Positions 1 to 12,620 of a stretch of 64,000 bases of DNA are shown here, one piece after another. The notes under the pieces are model-generated. The model was not told where the DNA came from. It searched no databases and saw only the letters and a program-made list of their open reading frames with translations. The translations under genes and the position numbers were made by a program. This stretch comes from the human T2T-CHM13v2.0 reference genome, Homo sapiens: the NCBI RefSeq assembly GCF_009914755.1, contig NC_060925.1; one strand, 5' to 3'. Positions within the stretch are counted from its first letter, which is position 1, and every line of letters begins with the position of its first letter.

Positions 1-220
1 TTAAGAACATAAACACTAAGTTGTTTGGACCCTCCTACTTAATAAACAGGACAGTTAGATATTTCCTTTGGCCTGGGTATTAAAAAAATCACAGAGACAC
101 CAAGATTCATGAGAATGTTTGGGGACCACTGATTTAGTCTTAATGTGTTCCAAAACAGAATAGAAAACAAGCCATACGTTCTATGTTGTATGGCATATAT
201 TTGTTCTTGTATTATATAAT

Positions 221-297
221 AGGAGGAGGAGAAGGAGGAGACAAGGAGGAGGAGAAGAAGGGATAAGAATAAGAGGAAGAAGGAGGAGGAGGAGGAA
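221..297. repeat. Purine-rich (GGA/GAA)n low-complexity tract
   Basis: aggaggaggagaaggaggagacaaggaggaggagaagaag...gaggaggagga, almost entirely purines. Confidence 0.9.
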
Positions 298-308
298 TAG
301 CAGTACTG

Positions 309-770
309 ATAATAACGGTCATTAACTGAGTACTTACTAAGTGCCATACTTTGTGCTAAATACTTTATCTAACTTAATCTCTTTCAATCCCATGACTATT
401 TATCTAGCTTGTATGCTATTATATGTATTGAAATCCTCTGCTTTGGTTAGTAAACAGTTGTTACTCCAACTCCTCAAAGACTCTTCCTCTCCTCTGGCAG
501 TCCTCACTCTTTCCCAGGTACTCCCTGGACTAGCTCAAAATACAGCAACTAATGCAGCCCAGAGGGACCTCCATGACCCTGATGCAGCCCCATGACTGGC
601 ACCCACTATGACTGATCAGTGCCTGAGCCTTCCAACTGTTACATATTCAGTATTCACTTGTGTTGATTCCTCAGAGCAACACTGTGAGGAAGGCACTTTT
701 ATCCCCAAATTTAGATGTCAATCTTGAATCCAGTTCTATGTGACTCCCAAGTCCATGTTCTTCACCAACA
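309..770 (-). mobile_element. MIR SINE, split by an insertion at ~391-662
   Basis: 309-390 matches antisense MIR (ataataacggtcattaactgagtacttactaagtgcca...ttcaatcc); it resumes at ~663 (ttgattcctcagagcaacactgtgaggaaggc...atccccaaatttagatg). Confidence 0.65.
391..662 (-). mobile_element. Old hAT-type DNA transposon fossil (Tip100/Arthur1-like) inserted in MIR
   Basis: Flanked by an imperfect 8-bp duplication ttcaatcc (383-390) / ttgattcc (663-670), the hAT TSD length; the right end ccaactgttacatattcagtattcacttgtg resembles recalled Arthur1-type termini. Confidence 0.4.
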
Positions 771-1550
771 TGTGTAGGTAAGTAAGTAATTAAGCTCAAT
801 CTATTTAGAATTGTCCCATGATTTCAATGCGTGCCTCACCCAATGGGCCTACAGACCAGTGCCTGGAATCCCTTGGACCTGCAACTGATTCATATTTTAT
901 TTGATTTGAGGACAAATCTTAACTTGAGGGGCTCTTTCCTCTGAAGTTTTTAATTAGCTGACATCAACTTTTTAACCTGGAAGCACACTCTATTATTCTA
1001 TAGAATTTTAAAAATCCACCAAATTATATATTCTGCAAGACCAAATGGCAGTAGTTCAAATCCCGTAGCCCGTAATCAATGGAATCATGTTAGCAGCAGG
1101 CTTTGTCTTCAATGGCTGCTCCCATAATCTGTCATATGTTTATTAAGTGTTGCTGGGGAAATGGCCCTTTCCTAACCCCATGGCACCCACTGTCTCAGGA
1201 CATTTTCAATGTTACCAGAAGAAACCTGGGAATTTTATTTTCTTTTTTTTTTTAAACTTCTGATTTCACATAAGATTATAGCTTCTCCAGAAGACTTCAT
1301 ATCTATGGGTAGCAAATCACATCTAGAATTGCTTCTTCTTGCAGAATGAGAACTGTATCCCCATCTCATTCAGATTGGTGGGAGAAAGAGTTGTCAGCTG
1401 CAATTTCTATATTAAATAAAGAGAAGAGGAAATCCCCTCCTCAACCATAAAGTTCTTTGTCTTTTAACTATAGGATAAGGTTTCCTCCCTCTCTGATTCT
1501 ATAATTTCATCAGAATGGCCCATGAGTGCTCTTATTGAGTAATCCCATGA

Positions 1551-1860
<310 letters not shown>

Positions 1861-1946
1861 CATGAGATTCTTAATGGAACAAAAGCAGCCATCACCTCTC
1901 ATTCTCAGGGGAAGGTCTTCGCTGTTGCATTTGTACTTGTTCTCAC

Positions 1947-2071
1947 CTATCCTGAAACCACCCTTCCACTCTGATAACATGACTCAGGTTTATTCAGTAA
2001 AACTGAAGTGATTACAAAAATGATCACAGTATAACAGCATCCGGCTTGATTTTGTGTGAATAAGCTACTAT
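1947..2071 (-). other. Candidate exon (125 nt)
   Basis: Acceptor cattttattttcag|A and donor TAG|gtgaga in unique sequence. Confidence 0.2.
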
Positions 2072-2594
2072 CTGAAAATAAAATGCCCTTCACTTTTCCA
2101 GGCACTATTAAGTAAATTTCCTCTTTCAGTGCTCTAATCAGCAACCTAGAAAAACATATTCATCTCCTATGGGTAATGATTTGCTCCCACCGAATAGTTT
2201 AATTACTCCAGCTCACCAAAGGTTCAGGTCCACTGTAATTAGAACACCATAAACTTCAACTGGGTATAACAAGGACAGTCATTTTTATCTTTACTCTGCC
2301 CTATTTTTACAAGTCTGGAAAGTAAGTTTTCAAAACTCTAAGAACCAGATATTCAGACAAAAGAAAACTGCTTAATGTAATCAGAAAAGCCTCCTTGGAG
2401 TAAGATAAACTTGGAAGGCAGTTTGGTTGTTTGATATAAAATTTAGTGTCTAAAGCTAGGAATGAACTGATACCTTCATTTAGGTAAAGTACAACACAAG
2501 TACAAATTAGGATTAGAATAAAATAAACATTCAGATCATCAGTTTAGAACCAACAGGCACTAAGCTCCAGCTTCCTCGGTTTAAAGTTAAAATA

Positions 2595-2700
2595 AATTAA
2601 GGTTGGTGAAAGTTCTCAACCAAAGTCACATAGCTAGTTAATGGCCAAGCCAAATTAGAACCCAAGTCTCTTGCATCTCAGTTTCTCATTATTTCCCATA
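2595..2700 (-). mobile_element. MIR fragment
   Basis: caaagtcacatagctagttaatggccaagccaaattagaacccaagtctc matches the antisense MIR 5' half. Confidence 0.65.
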
Positions 2701-2799
2701 CACTATATGGCTTTACTAATCATCTAAAAAAAAGAGCTATGCTTTTTCTTTGTAATTTTACCTTTTGTATATTCCCTTTTAATATAAATACAAACATCC

Positions 2800-2920
2800 A
2801 GTTTCACTCAAAACCAACTAAACATTTTCTATGTGCAAGATATTCTGTAAGACACTAACAAGGGGCTGTAAAGTTGACAAAGATTTGTCTTCTGCCCTCA
2901 AGGAACATATAATCTAACAG
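2800..2920 (-). mobile_element. L2 3'-end fragment
   Basis: ttctatgtgcaaga...tctgccctcaaggaacatataatcta is typical antisense L2 tail. Confidence 0.6.
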
Positions 2921-4164
2921 GAATCTAACAGTATGATCCTATTTGAGCAAAATAGATATCCAAGCTTATTCTACATAAGTATCTACATTTTTTAGCAAGT
3001 TTTTCAAACAGAAATGGATTCTTTTTAAGATTTGACAGTTTTCAGCAGTCTATAATAATTCCTGATGTGTAACATTATTTTTGGACAGATCTTGTGCTTG
3101 GACCTAAGCAGTGTTCTTTTCCATTGTAAATTGAGAAGTCAATTTACAGGAGCCACACCTGAATGAATTCCTAATGACCTATGTTAACTATTGTGAATTT
3201 GCCTTAAGTAGTGTGATTAACCTCTCCTGGAGAAGTTCTTTTTCTAAATATAGAGCAGTTAGTTTAAGGAGAAGCCCCTTGGATACTGAAGTTCTCCCTG
3301 AGTCAGAAAGGATAGAATGAAGAGGATGCATAGAAGTCACCTAGAGAAACTCTACAGAAATAGACCCCATCATTTTAATGGGATCTGGAATAATTCTGTA
3401 TTCTACCTGCAATGGAACCCCTGCAAAGGGGTTTGTAGGTAGAGATGGGAAATTAAGAGCTCCCATTGATAATGAAGGCCTCCACCCATCTTTTTTGTTC
3501 TCATTTATAGATAGAAACCATATCAGGAAGAAGACAGACAAAATCATCATAAGTCAAAGAAGGAATATGTGTATTTTTAATTCCATTTTAGCTTATTTAA
3601 AATTCATTAGGAGTAGCAATCCAATGTTTCACACAATCTGTAATATATTAAGTGCCCTATGTCTAGTAGGAATCAAAGAGTAACAGAAGTAATTAAGGAC
3701 AATGATATTTATGCTGACCCCTTCATAGGAGAATATTTAGATATTGAAGTTTAAGAAGGTGAATATCAAGACCATACAATGTCAGCAGTTCTTTCAAAAT
3801 CACATGGGCTGAGAGTATGAGGATGGTCAGCATGGAGCTCAGCCTTCTTATTTGTGACCTTCGGATGACGTGTCAAGACATGATTGTGCCATTTGGGACT
3901 TACAGTTCAACAACTCTCAGACTCCATGTGTGGCCTGAAAACATCTGGCAGAAAATTGCAACTCCTCTGGACCATATTGTCTAATGCTGGGTAGCACAGT
4001 CAGTGTCTGAAATTAGGCCAGGACCAATGTCACAATGGTGCTTTATTTTCTGTGTAACCAACTCAGTGCAGCTGTTTTTCTTTTCCACCTAGGTTTCTCA
4101 TGTCAGGAAAGCCTCTGAAGGAGCGAGTCCCATCTTGCTCATACAAAGTAGAAGACTGGAGTCA

Positions 4165-4275
4165 GACATTCAATCATGTGGTGCACATTCATTGAGCACC
4201 TACAATTGGCAGGTGTAGTGCAGGGCACTGAGGAAGCAGAATAAAAGACCCATCCAGCTCTTCTTCCACTCACAG
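4165..4275 (-). mobile_element. L2 3'-end fragment
   Basis: cattcattgagcacctacaattggcagg...gggcactgaggaagcaga. Confidence 0.6.
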
Positions 4276-4614
4276 TAGTTTGCAATGATCCCACATGCAG
4301 GATTCCAGGACAGATCTTGTTCCAAATATTCGGTTCCATTGTCAGACAACGTGTCCTGACTTTTAATTCATAGAATAACATCACTACATAATTCTTAAAG
4401 CACTGGTAAATTCGGAGCTGCTGAGATTTCAGCATGTGGCGTACAGGACATAGAAAACTGAAGTAGGGAGGAATCCTGGTACCTTTAAAGATAAGGTGGC
4501 ATGGAATTCAAAGGCCTTGGCGATCAAAGGCAACTATGAGTCATGAGATTTCAGATGACATTAAATAAACTCCTTTATGCCTGTTGGACTAAATAACTTA
4601 GGAAACATGTAATA

Positions 4615-4725
4615 GGTCCCTATCATTGTACAACTCCAGGGATGCTGTTCATACCATAGTCTAAATCAATGACACTTCCAAAGTTGTGCTCTGCACAGCA
4701 TGTATGGTTCTTTGTGATAGCTCTG
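4615..4725. mobile_element. MER91-like palindromic hAT MITE
   Basis: Degenerate inverted arms gtacaactccagggatgctgttcat / atcaatgacacttccaaagttgtgc around a catagtcta centre, as in the recalled MER91 consensus. Confidence 0.55.
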
Positions 4726-4924
4726 CACAGATGCAAATAATACATTATGAAAGATCAGCCACCTTTGGGCCAACACCCTTTCCTTGCTACATCTAATGTT
4801 CATTAAGCTTTTCTCACTATCCCAGTATCACTACCCAATATCACTCAGTATGATGTAGGATATAAGGATCCTTATTCCTCTTGTCTTATATCATAGGACC
4901 AAGATGCTTTTAATGAGAAATCCC

Positions 4925-5460
<536 letters not shown>

Positions 5461-5470
5461 CTGTTTCTTA

Positions 5471-6700
5471 TCCATTCAGTGATTTGGTCATTAGTAAATA
5501 TTAATTGTGTGCCTACTATGCACCAGGTACGGCTCTTCAGTGAATAAGGCCGAAGTCTCTGTCCTTCAAGATATTACATTAAACAGAGAAGACAGAAAAT
5601 AAACCAGAAAAATAAATACTTTTAAAAAAGATAATTTCAAACAGTGGTAAGTTCTGTGAACATAACAAAATAAGATGATAAAATCCCAAGGGACTGGCAT
5701 GGCACAAAGCCTACTTCACAAAGGTGTTCAGCAAAGGACAATTGAGAGCTCAGTGAAAATAAGGAGCCAGGCATGCACAAATCTGGAAGAAAATATTTCA
5801 AAAGCTCAAAGGTCATGGGGCAGGAACAACATTGGCATGTTTGAGAAAAAGCAAGAAGGCCATGTGGTCATAACATGTGAGCAAAAGAAAGAGTAGAAAA
5901 AGGTGAGGTAAGCAAGATAGGAACAGATTGTGAGGGTGTCTTAGGTCCTAGTAGAGTATTTGGATATTTTTCTAAATACAATGGAAAGTTATTGGAAAGT
6001 TTTAAGCAGAAGATTTATATGATCTGACATTAAATATAAAAACGTCATCTGGTCTCTGTATGAAATGAACTACATAGGTAGACAAGCAGGACAACAGGGA
6101 ATCAATTAGGAGACTCTTGTAGCCAAAGTAAGAGAGAATGAGGATTTGATTCAGGATGTAATGGGGAGGGGATAAGAAGTAGCCCGACTCCAGTAATCTA
6201 ACTGTCAAAAGTTGGGGATGGATTGGATGTGGAAGGTGAGGGTAAAAGAGGAACTAATCTCCTGGGTTTTGCCCTGAGCAATTAGATGGAGATGGTGCCT
6301 TTTGTTAAGTCACAGAAGAGTGAGAAAATCTCAGGTTTGGATAGATGTTTGGGAAAACAATAATTTTTGATCCTATTGATTTTGAGATACCTTTCAGACA
6401 TTGAAGTGGCAATGCTGAACAGATACCTGGAATTCAGAGGGACACCAAGGGCTACAGATTTAAATTTCGGAGTTGTCAATGTAGAGATTTGGAAGTCATA
6501 AAAGTCGAGATTTAAATTTGGGTGAATCAATGCATTCAGAAACATAGGACTAGATTAATTCCTTTAGGGCTATACCAAAGACAAAGTTGAAATAGAGAAG
6601 ATTAGGGATAAGGCCCTGGGGAGCGCCAACTTTGAGAAACAGAGCCAAGGGACAGAAGAGATACAATCAGTGGACAGGAGAAAACCAGTTGTGATGCCCT
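5471..6700 (-). mobile_element. L2 LINE, ~1.2 kb 3' portion
   Basis: Antisense L2 tail (gtgcctactatgcaccagg) followed by the characteristic purine-rich body (ttggcatgtttgagaaaaagcaagaaggcc; ggatggagatggtgcc; tttgagatacctttcagaca). Confidence 0.85.
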
Positions 6701-6861
6701 TGATAGTCATTTTTATTACCTTTAAAATAGGAGAAAAAATACCAGCCAAAACTACCACCCTGGGAGAACTATAAGGTCACATGACACACTGTGGGTTCAA
6801 GAAAGGGACTGTAACTTAAGAAAAGGGAACATATTCAGAGAATAACTTTTTTAAAAAATTA

Positions 6862-7035
6862 AGCTCATCTCTGCCATGTGCTAAATTTATGAATTGAAGC
6901 GAGTCACTTTTCTTCTCATTTGCAGTTTATAAGTCTGTAAAATAACAGTGTCCTCACAGCACTTTTTTCTATAAATCAAATGAAGTAAGATATGCTAAGC
7001 ACTTAGGTTGACCAGCTTATAGTAGGTACTTAAAA
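6862..7035 (+). mobile_element. MIR
   Basis: ctctgcca...gagtcactt...tctgtaaaat...atcaaatgaagtaagatatgctaagcacttag...atagtaggtacttaa. Confidence 0.65.
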
Positions 7036-7059
7036 CACAGTGCTCAGCGATGCCTTGTT

Positions 7060-7280
7060 GGCATCATGGTCTAGTAGAAAGAGCCTGAACTTTCGCCTTG
7101 AATAGACTCTTGGCTCTGCCAATTCACTGGTATTGTGACCTATGCAACGTTATTGAATCTCCCTGCATCTATTTATTTCCTTACCTATAAAATAGGGAAA
7201 ATAATAACTATCACTTGGTGGTATAGTGAGGATTCAAATGACAGATACAAAGTTCCTAGTAAACAGAAACCACTTAATAA
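7060..7280 (+). mobile_element. MIR
   Basis: gcatcatggtctagtagaaagagc...cttggctctgcc...tgtgacc...tttccttacctataaaataggg. Confidence 0.75.
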
Positions 7281-10200
7281 TATATACCTTTTATTATATT
7301 TATAACCATTATTGCCTAAGCTGCATAGCTAGAGCATGGCACAGCTCAGAGCTCAGGTACCAAATTCCAGTGTTTGGACTCTACATTCCGTGCTCTTCCC
7401 ACCAGATCCTGTTACTCAATAGCACTCTCCAAGCAGCGTGTTTCTCATTTTTAATGAAATGAATAATACTTTCTTTGAATTCCAGTGTCCCCTCTTCTCC
7501 CCTACCATAAGTCCACAATCATGAACATCTATGATCTAATGGTTTTACAATGCCTTGGCACTCAAAATAGCTGCCCTGGGAGGTAAAAAACAACCTCTTG
7601 GTTTCTCCACCAGGATTGTAAAGGTGAATAGCAAAAACCTTTTCTTTGAGGTCCCTGAGTAGTTAGCTAGCAGGAATGAAGAGAGGGCTGAATTCCATAT
7701 TTACCTACGATGGGGTTGTGCTTTCATACGCACTCAACATATATTTTAGGATTAAAAAAATAGGAGCCCTCGGATGCGAAATTATTTGCATATTTGTCCC
7801 ATCTCTGTTTTGGCATTAAAAATTGGTGAGAAAAGAATGGTTACTAAGAATAAATATTATAATTACCTTTAGTAAAAATTCTTTGAGATCCTCAGATGAA
7901 AGATGTTTATAGGATATTATAGGATAGGCTATGATTCTTCCATGATTAGCTATATCCTATTCTAACAGTACTTAGTAAAGTGTGTGAATAACATTACTAA
8001 CCATGGATATTGTATTTTATATTTACATTTTCAGGGTTTTATTGCTATGTGAATATTATTCAAATAGTTTTCTCTAGCCAAGTTCTGTGTGTTTACTTTG
8101 AATAACAGACCTTCACTTGAAACAAATACTATTAAAATGGCTCCCACACAAGGAAATAAAAAGAATTGAGATGAAGTTGACTGGTTATACACATATACAC
8201 TGAGCATGAAATGAAACATGAGGAAGAAATATAAAGCTTTTGAAGGAGATAAACTAGAGTTTGAGTGGTTTATGTAATAAAATGAGGAATCAGAAACAAA
8301 TTCTCCATGAATTAAACTAGGCTACATTTGTGTTCTTACTGGAGCCTAAATTCACGCAGTAGGCACTATGAATGATTCCAAAAGATGTAATTTTCACCCT
8401 CAAGGTGTTTACAGGCTAGCCTAGAAAGATAACACACACACACACCCCTCACAAAACGATATAGGAAAATGGTGCAAATAATATAGAAAATAATAGTTAG
8501 CTTAATGTTACCTCTGTAATCGAGGCCAGAAAGCAATCTACATATATGAATATCTACACAAATACTTGAATTGAGTGTGTGTCAGGACATTTGATTTATT
8601 TATTTTTTCAAACTAACATCCAGGTCATCGGGAAGTTTTGCTGCCTGTGTAAAGCATTCTGATCAATGTAAGGTCATCATTGTACCTACCGGCCTCTTTG
8701 TCCTGTTATCCTGATGTGATACACTAAGTAGTGGACAAACTTTCAAGGATCCCTGCTGCTCAGACAAGCCAATTGAATAGGCCACAGCAGATTTGCTGCA
8801 GGAAATGCTTGAGTCTCTTTAGGTTCATGCATACACCACCAAATAACCTAAGAGGAAGATATTCCTTTGGAAATCCCAGTATCCTAGAGGAACTATCAGA
8901 ATTTTAGAATCAATAGTTTAACAGCCAATTAATGTGACTGCCAAGGTCCCCTGAAGGGGAGTGATGGGGCAGTGCACCAAATTCTCAGGGAGGTGAGGCA
9001 GCTGATAACACAGCTGAGATGGGAAAGGAAGAGCTCTGGGTCTGTGCAAGAAAAGCCAGGTGAACCTGTGTTCTCCATACCACACTGACAGCAGGACTGT
9101 GAATGACCAGTCACTTTCCAGTCTTCAATGGAAAGTCTTGCACAGGTGCGCCCATCAATTTTGGAATGTTTTGTATTAGAGCTACTCCACAGAGAAAACA
9201 GTTTCCTGCACCATGGCCCTTGGACATCAGCTACGTACCTCTTTATAATATTACTATCCCCTTTCTCTCCATCATAGTTTTGTGCAATCACCAATGTTCA
9301 GTCCTAGTCCCAACTCCTCTGTAAAACTATCTCCTTCTCTTTCTTCTCTGGCTTCCAGTAACACTCCCTGTGCCACATTAAATTCTTATTTAATATTCGA
9401 TATTGCAATTTAAATGCTTCCTTGAATTTACCTTATTCTTTTATATAGAATGGTACACTTTTCTAAAACATGGACTGTATTTCATACTTCTGTTTATTTC
9501 TTAGCATGATCCTTTGCATTTCATCTTTTAGATTTCTTTATGCCATCTGTTAACTGAACAATGAATAGTTATTGAATTGAGGCTGTCACATATTGAGTCT
9601 TTAATGAGTAATGCATATAGTCTTTCACATCAAAACCAGGACTGAGGGCACCTGTGTCAAGCTTTTCAAGCAGCAGCAATCATGACATAAGGCAACACAA
9701 AAACCATAGTGGAAGACATTGACAAACATCTTTGGGTATCTTCTAAGTACCCAGTAAAAGCTAGGCATTGGGGATAAAATGTGATATAAGCCTTTTACTC
9801 CAAAGCACTAGGTTCTTGGAGGTACTATGGTTTTGATTTCTAAAGTCAATATATGTCTGTCCTCATATAGTCTCTGAAATGTGTTAAAATACATGATTAC
9901 AAAACAGTCATAAATACACACACTGAAACTACTCTGGGTACTTCCATAAAACCAGAGCAATATCATCTGGCCACCCACACTGGTAAATTGCCTCAGATGA
10001 TTCTGTACATGTGTAGACGCTCTATGCCCAAGACTATCATTTCAAAGGAACAAATGAAAACTGATAGGCACCAAAGATAGCCCAGTCTTTTCTGTTGGCC
10101 CTGTTTGTTGATTGTTGATGATGTACTACAATGAAGACACATATTTGGCTTGTGAGCTTTCTTTAATTGTTATCTAAGACCAAAAAAAATAGTTGTTAAT

Positions 10201-11429
10201 TAACAAAATTTTTCATTTTATTCATACGTCAGACAAAATTTGCCCACTTAGGAATTTTGTTCAAAAGAAATGTAGTTTTGTTGAACTCTGTATAAATTTA
10301 GAAAAATCTGAGTCAAGTTGTGGGTGCCCCTTGGATAATTCTTGAGTAAATGCATCCCCTCATGACTAGGAATTTGCAAGAGATGCATACTTTCATTCAG
10401 AAACCACCCAACATCTGATGGTCTCTTTTGATTTGGCTTTAATCAGGAAAAAAAAATCTTCTCGAGCAACTTGATACATTCGGGTTAAAACTCAAAGAAA
10501 CACTTGAGATGAAAATGCATTCTGTTTTAGCCCAACTAAAGATTTCACAAACTCCTTGCAAATTGGTTCTATGCTCATACTCTGGTATCTCCTGTATCTC
10601 TATGATAAACTCAGCCCAATGAATCAAGTGCTACACACATATGAAATGGCATGTAAAAGATAACAGGGAAATATAACTACCTAAATAATTTTGTTTATAA
10701 TTTAGTCCTACCGTTTATAGAGAAATATAAAAGACACTACATTTCTAGGAAGAAACAGCTGAACAATAGATTAGCCATTCTTCCTCTGGAATAATTCATT
10801 GTCTACAAGCTAATACGTTTCTGGACCTGGGTAGGTGTATTCCATAGGACCCCACGATATGCGCTCATATACTAGCATGCTACTCAGGGAATTATTTCTT
10901 AATCTGACAGACTCGTAACATATAAAATCAAGATTAGAGCTAGGTGTCAAAGGGCAGAGCTAAGTGATTAAACTAAGTTCCTTTTGAAGACAGACATGAG
11001 GAATTCCAAACTGTCCAACTCTGCTTTTGTTGGAAGGTGCACAACCCATTTAAGATACCACATTTTTGTTCCTTTTGGTTTTACTCTGTAATTATTTATA
11101 TATTGTGTTGGGTCCTCTGCTAGGTATAGGAGTTATAATGATGAATAAGACATGAGCCTATCTTTGAGATAAAGGTACAACTGGCCATGGATACACAACA
11201 AAGCTTATATGGTCAGCTTCAGTCTGTTTTTCAGGCTCAGTAGCTCTGTCTAGAGGCTGGGCTCACGAATCCCCCTCTAGGCTACTACTCCTAGCTCTTT
11301 TGTTCTCAGGATCAATTCTGATCAGATCCAAAGTGACTGAACACTCCCTGGTTGGTAATCAATCCTCCTAGGCCAGAGCAACCACTTGCTTTCCAAGTAC
11401 TCATAAATGCCAATGACTAGACTTAGCTC

Positions 11430-11605
11430 TTTACATTGTTTGCTTAAATCCTCACTATAAACCAACAGTTTTATTATGCCCATTTTAGAGAATCAGAAAC
11501 TGAGAGTCTGAGAGGTTACATTATCTTTCTCCAAGTCACACAGTTAAGTGAATGACAGAGGTGGATTTGAGCCTAGATGTGTACGGGACCTCAAAACCTA
11601 TTTTT
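11430..11605 (-). mobile_element. MIR
   Basis: aatcctcac...cccattttagag..gaaactgagagtctgagaggttac...ccaagtcacacagttaagtg core. Confidence 0.8.
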
Positions 11606-12477
11606 CCAGGAATTCCAGGCCTGTCTCTAAACCCCAGCTGGGTTCAGCAGCTTACTCTCAGTTCTCACTGATGCTCACCCTCTCCCTTCCTACTGCCTCA
11701 CCTTCCAAGAACCAGTATTCCAGATTCCCAGTGGCTGTCAACCATCTCCTCCATCTCCTGCTATGCATGTGCATAACAGACTATGCATACATATGTGGCC
11801 AAGCCCCTGGGTGGCACTTGGCCTTCCAGAAAGCAGCTCCCCAGCCACTGTCCCTGCTAGTGAGGACATCCAGTGCCAAATCCCAGCCCCACCTCAAGTG
11901 GCCACCCAGCTGTGGTGGAACAACCATAATCACACAATTTTGAGGAGACACAGCTTTCAAGATAACACCAACCTCCTTTCTTCGTTTTGCTGGAAGAATC
12001 AATAGTACAGAGGGTAGCCTGCTCTGTGCTTACAAAGTGCAAAAAAGGACACAAAGTGGGCAACTATAATCTCCCACACACATTTTTTTTCTAAGCATAA
12101 AGCCAGACTTGAGGTTTTGTAAAGTTTCTGGACCTCTCGTAGCATAACATGTACAGCAATACATGTGTTCTACTCACTGTTTTGATTAAAATACAAGTCT
12201 ACATTTAGAAGCAAAAATAATTGTTTCAGTATATTCAGTTCTTTCCTCCCTTGCACTCATTTCCAAAAATTAACCCAAATAACAATACCACACACAAATA
12301 TAAAACAAAGAAATTAACCCATGATCTAAAATAATTCTGACTTGGATTAATGTTCTCACTAATGAAAACTGCTGAACATCCCTTGTAAGTCTTAGGTAGA
12401 TCCACCATGATTTCCTACATCATGTATATGTAAAAAGCTCCTCCTGTTCAAGGATTCTTGAGAGCTTGGTGACACCA

Positions 12478-12620
12478 GTATTTATTATCTCTATTTTACA
12501 GCAGAAAAATCAAACGCCCAGAGAGGTCAAGATGTCTGCAAAGAGACACAGAGTGATGCAATGGAAATCCTGTGTGGAGGTCTCCAGAAGGCTAATTTCT
12601 GAAGCAGTGTTCTATCCACA
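12478..12620 (-). mobile_element. MIR fragment
   Basis: ttattatctctattttacag...gcccagagaggtcaag. Confidence 0.6.

Noticed and set aside
39-347. 102-aa hydrophobic/serine-rich ORF
   Set aside because: Translation of the antisense of a (GGA/GAA)n tract; compositional artefact.
4072-4093. Strong plus-strand acceptor tgtttttcttttccacctag
   Set aside because: No good donor at exon distance; the downstream sequence runs into an L2 fragment.
8690-8847. Additional minus-strand exon (cttcctcttag|...CCG|gtaggt)
   Set aside because: Plausible sites, but all frames are closed and there is no independent signal; indistinguishable from background pseudo-exons.
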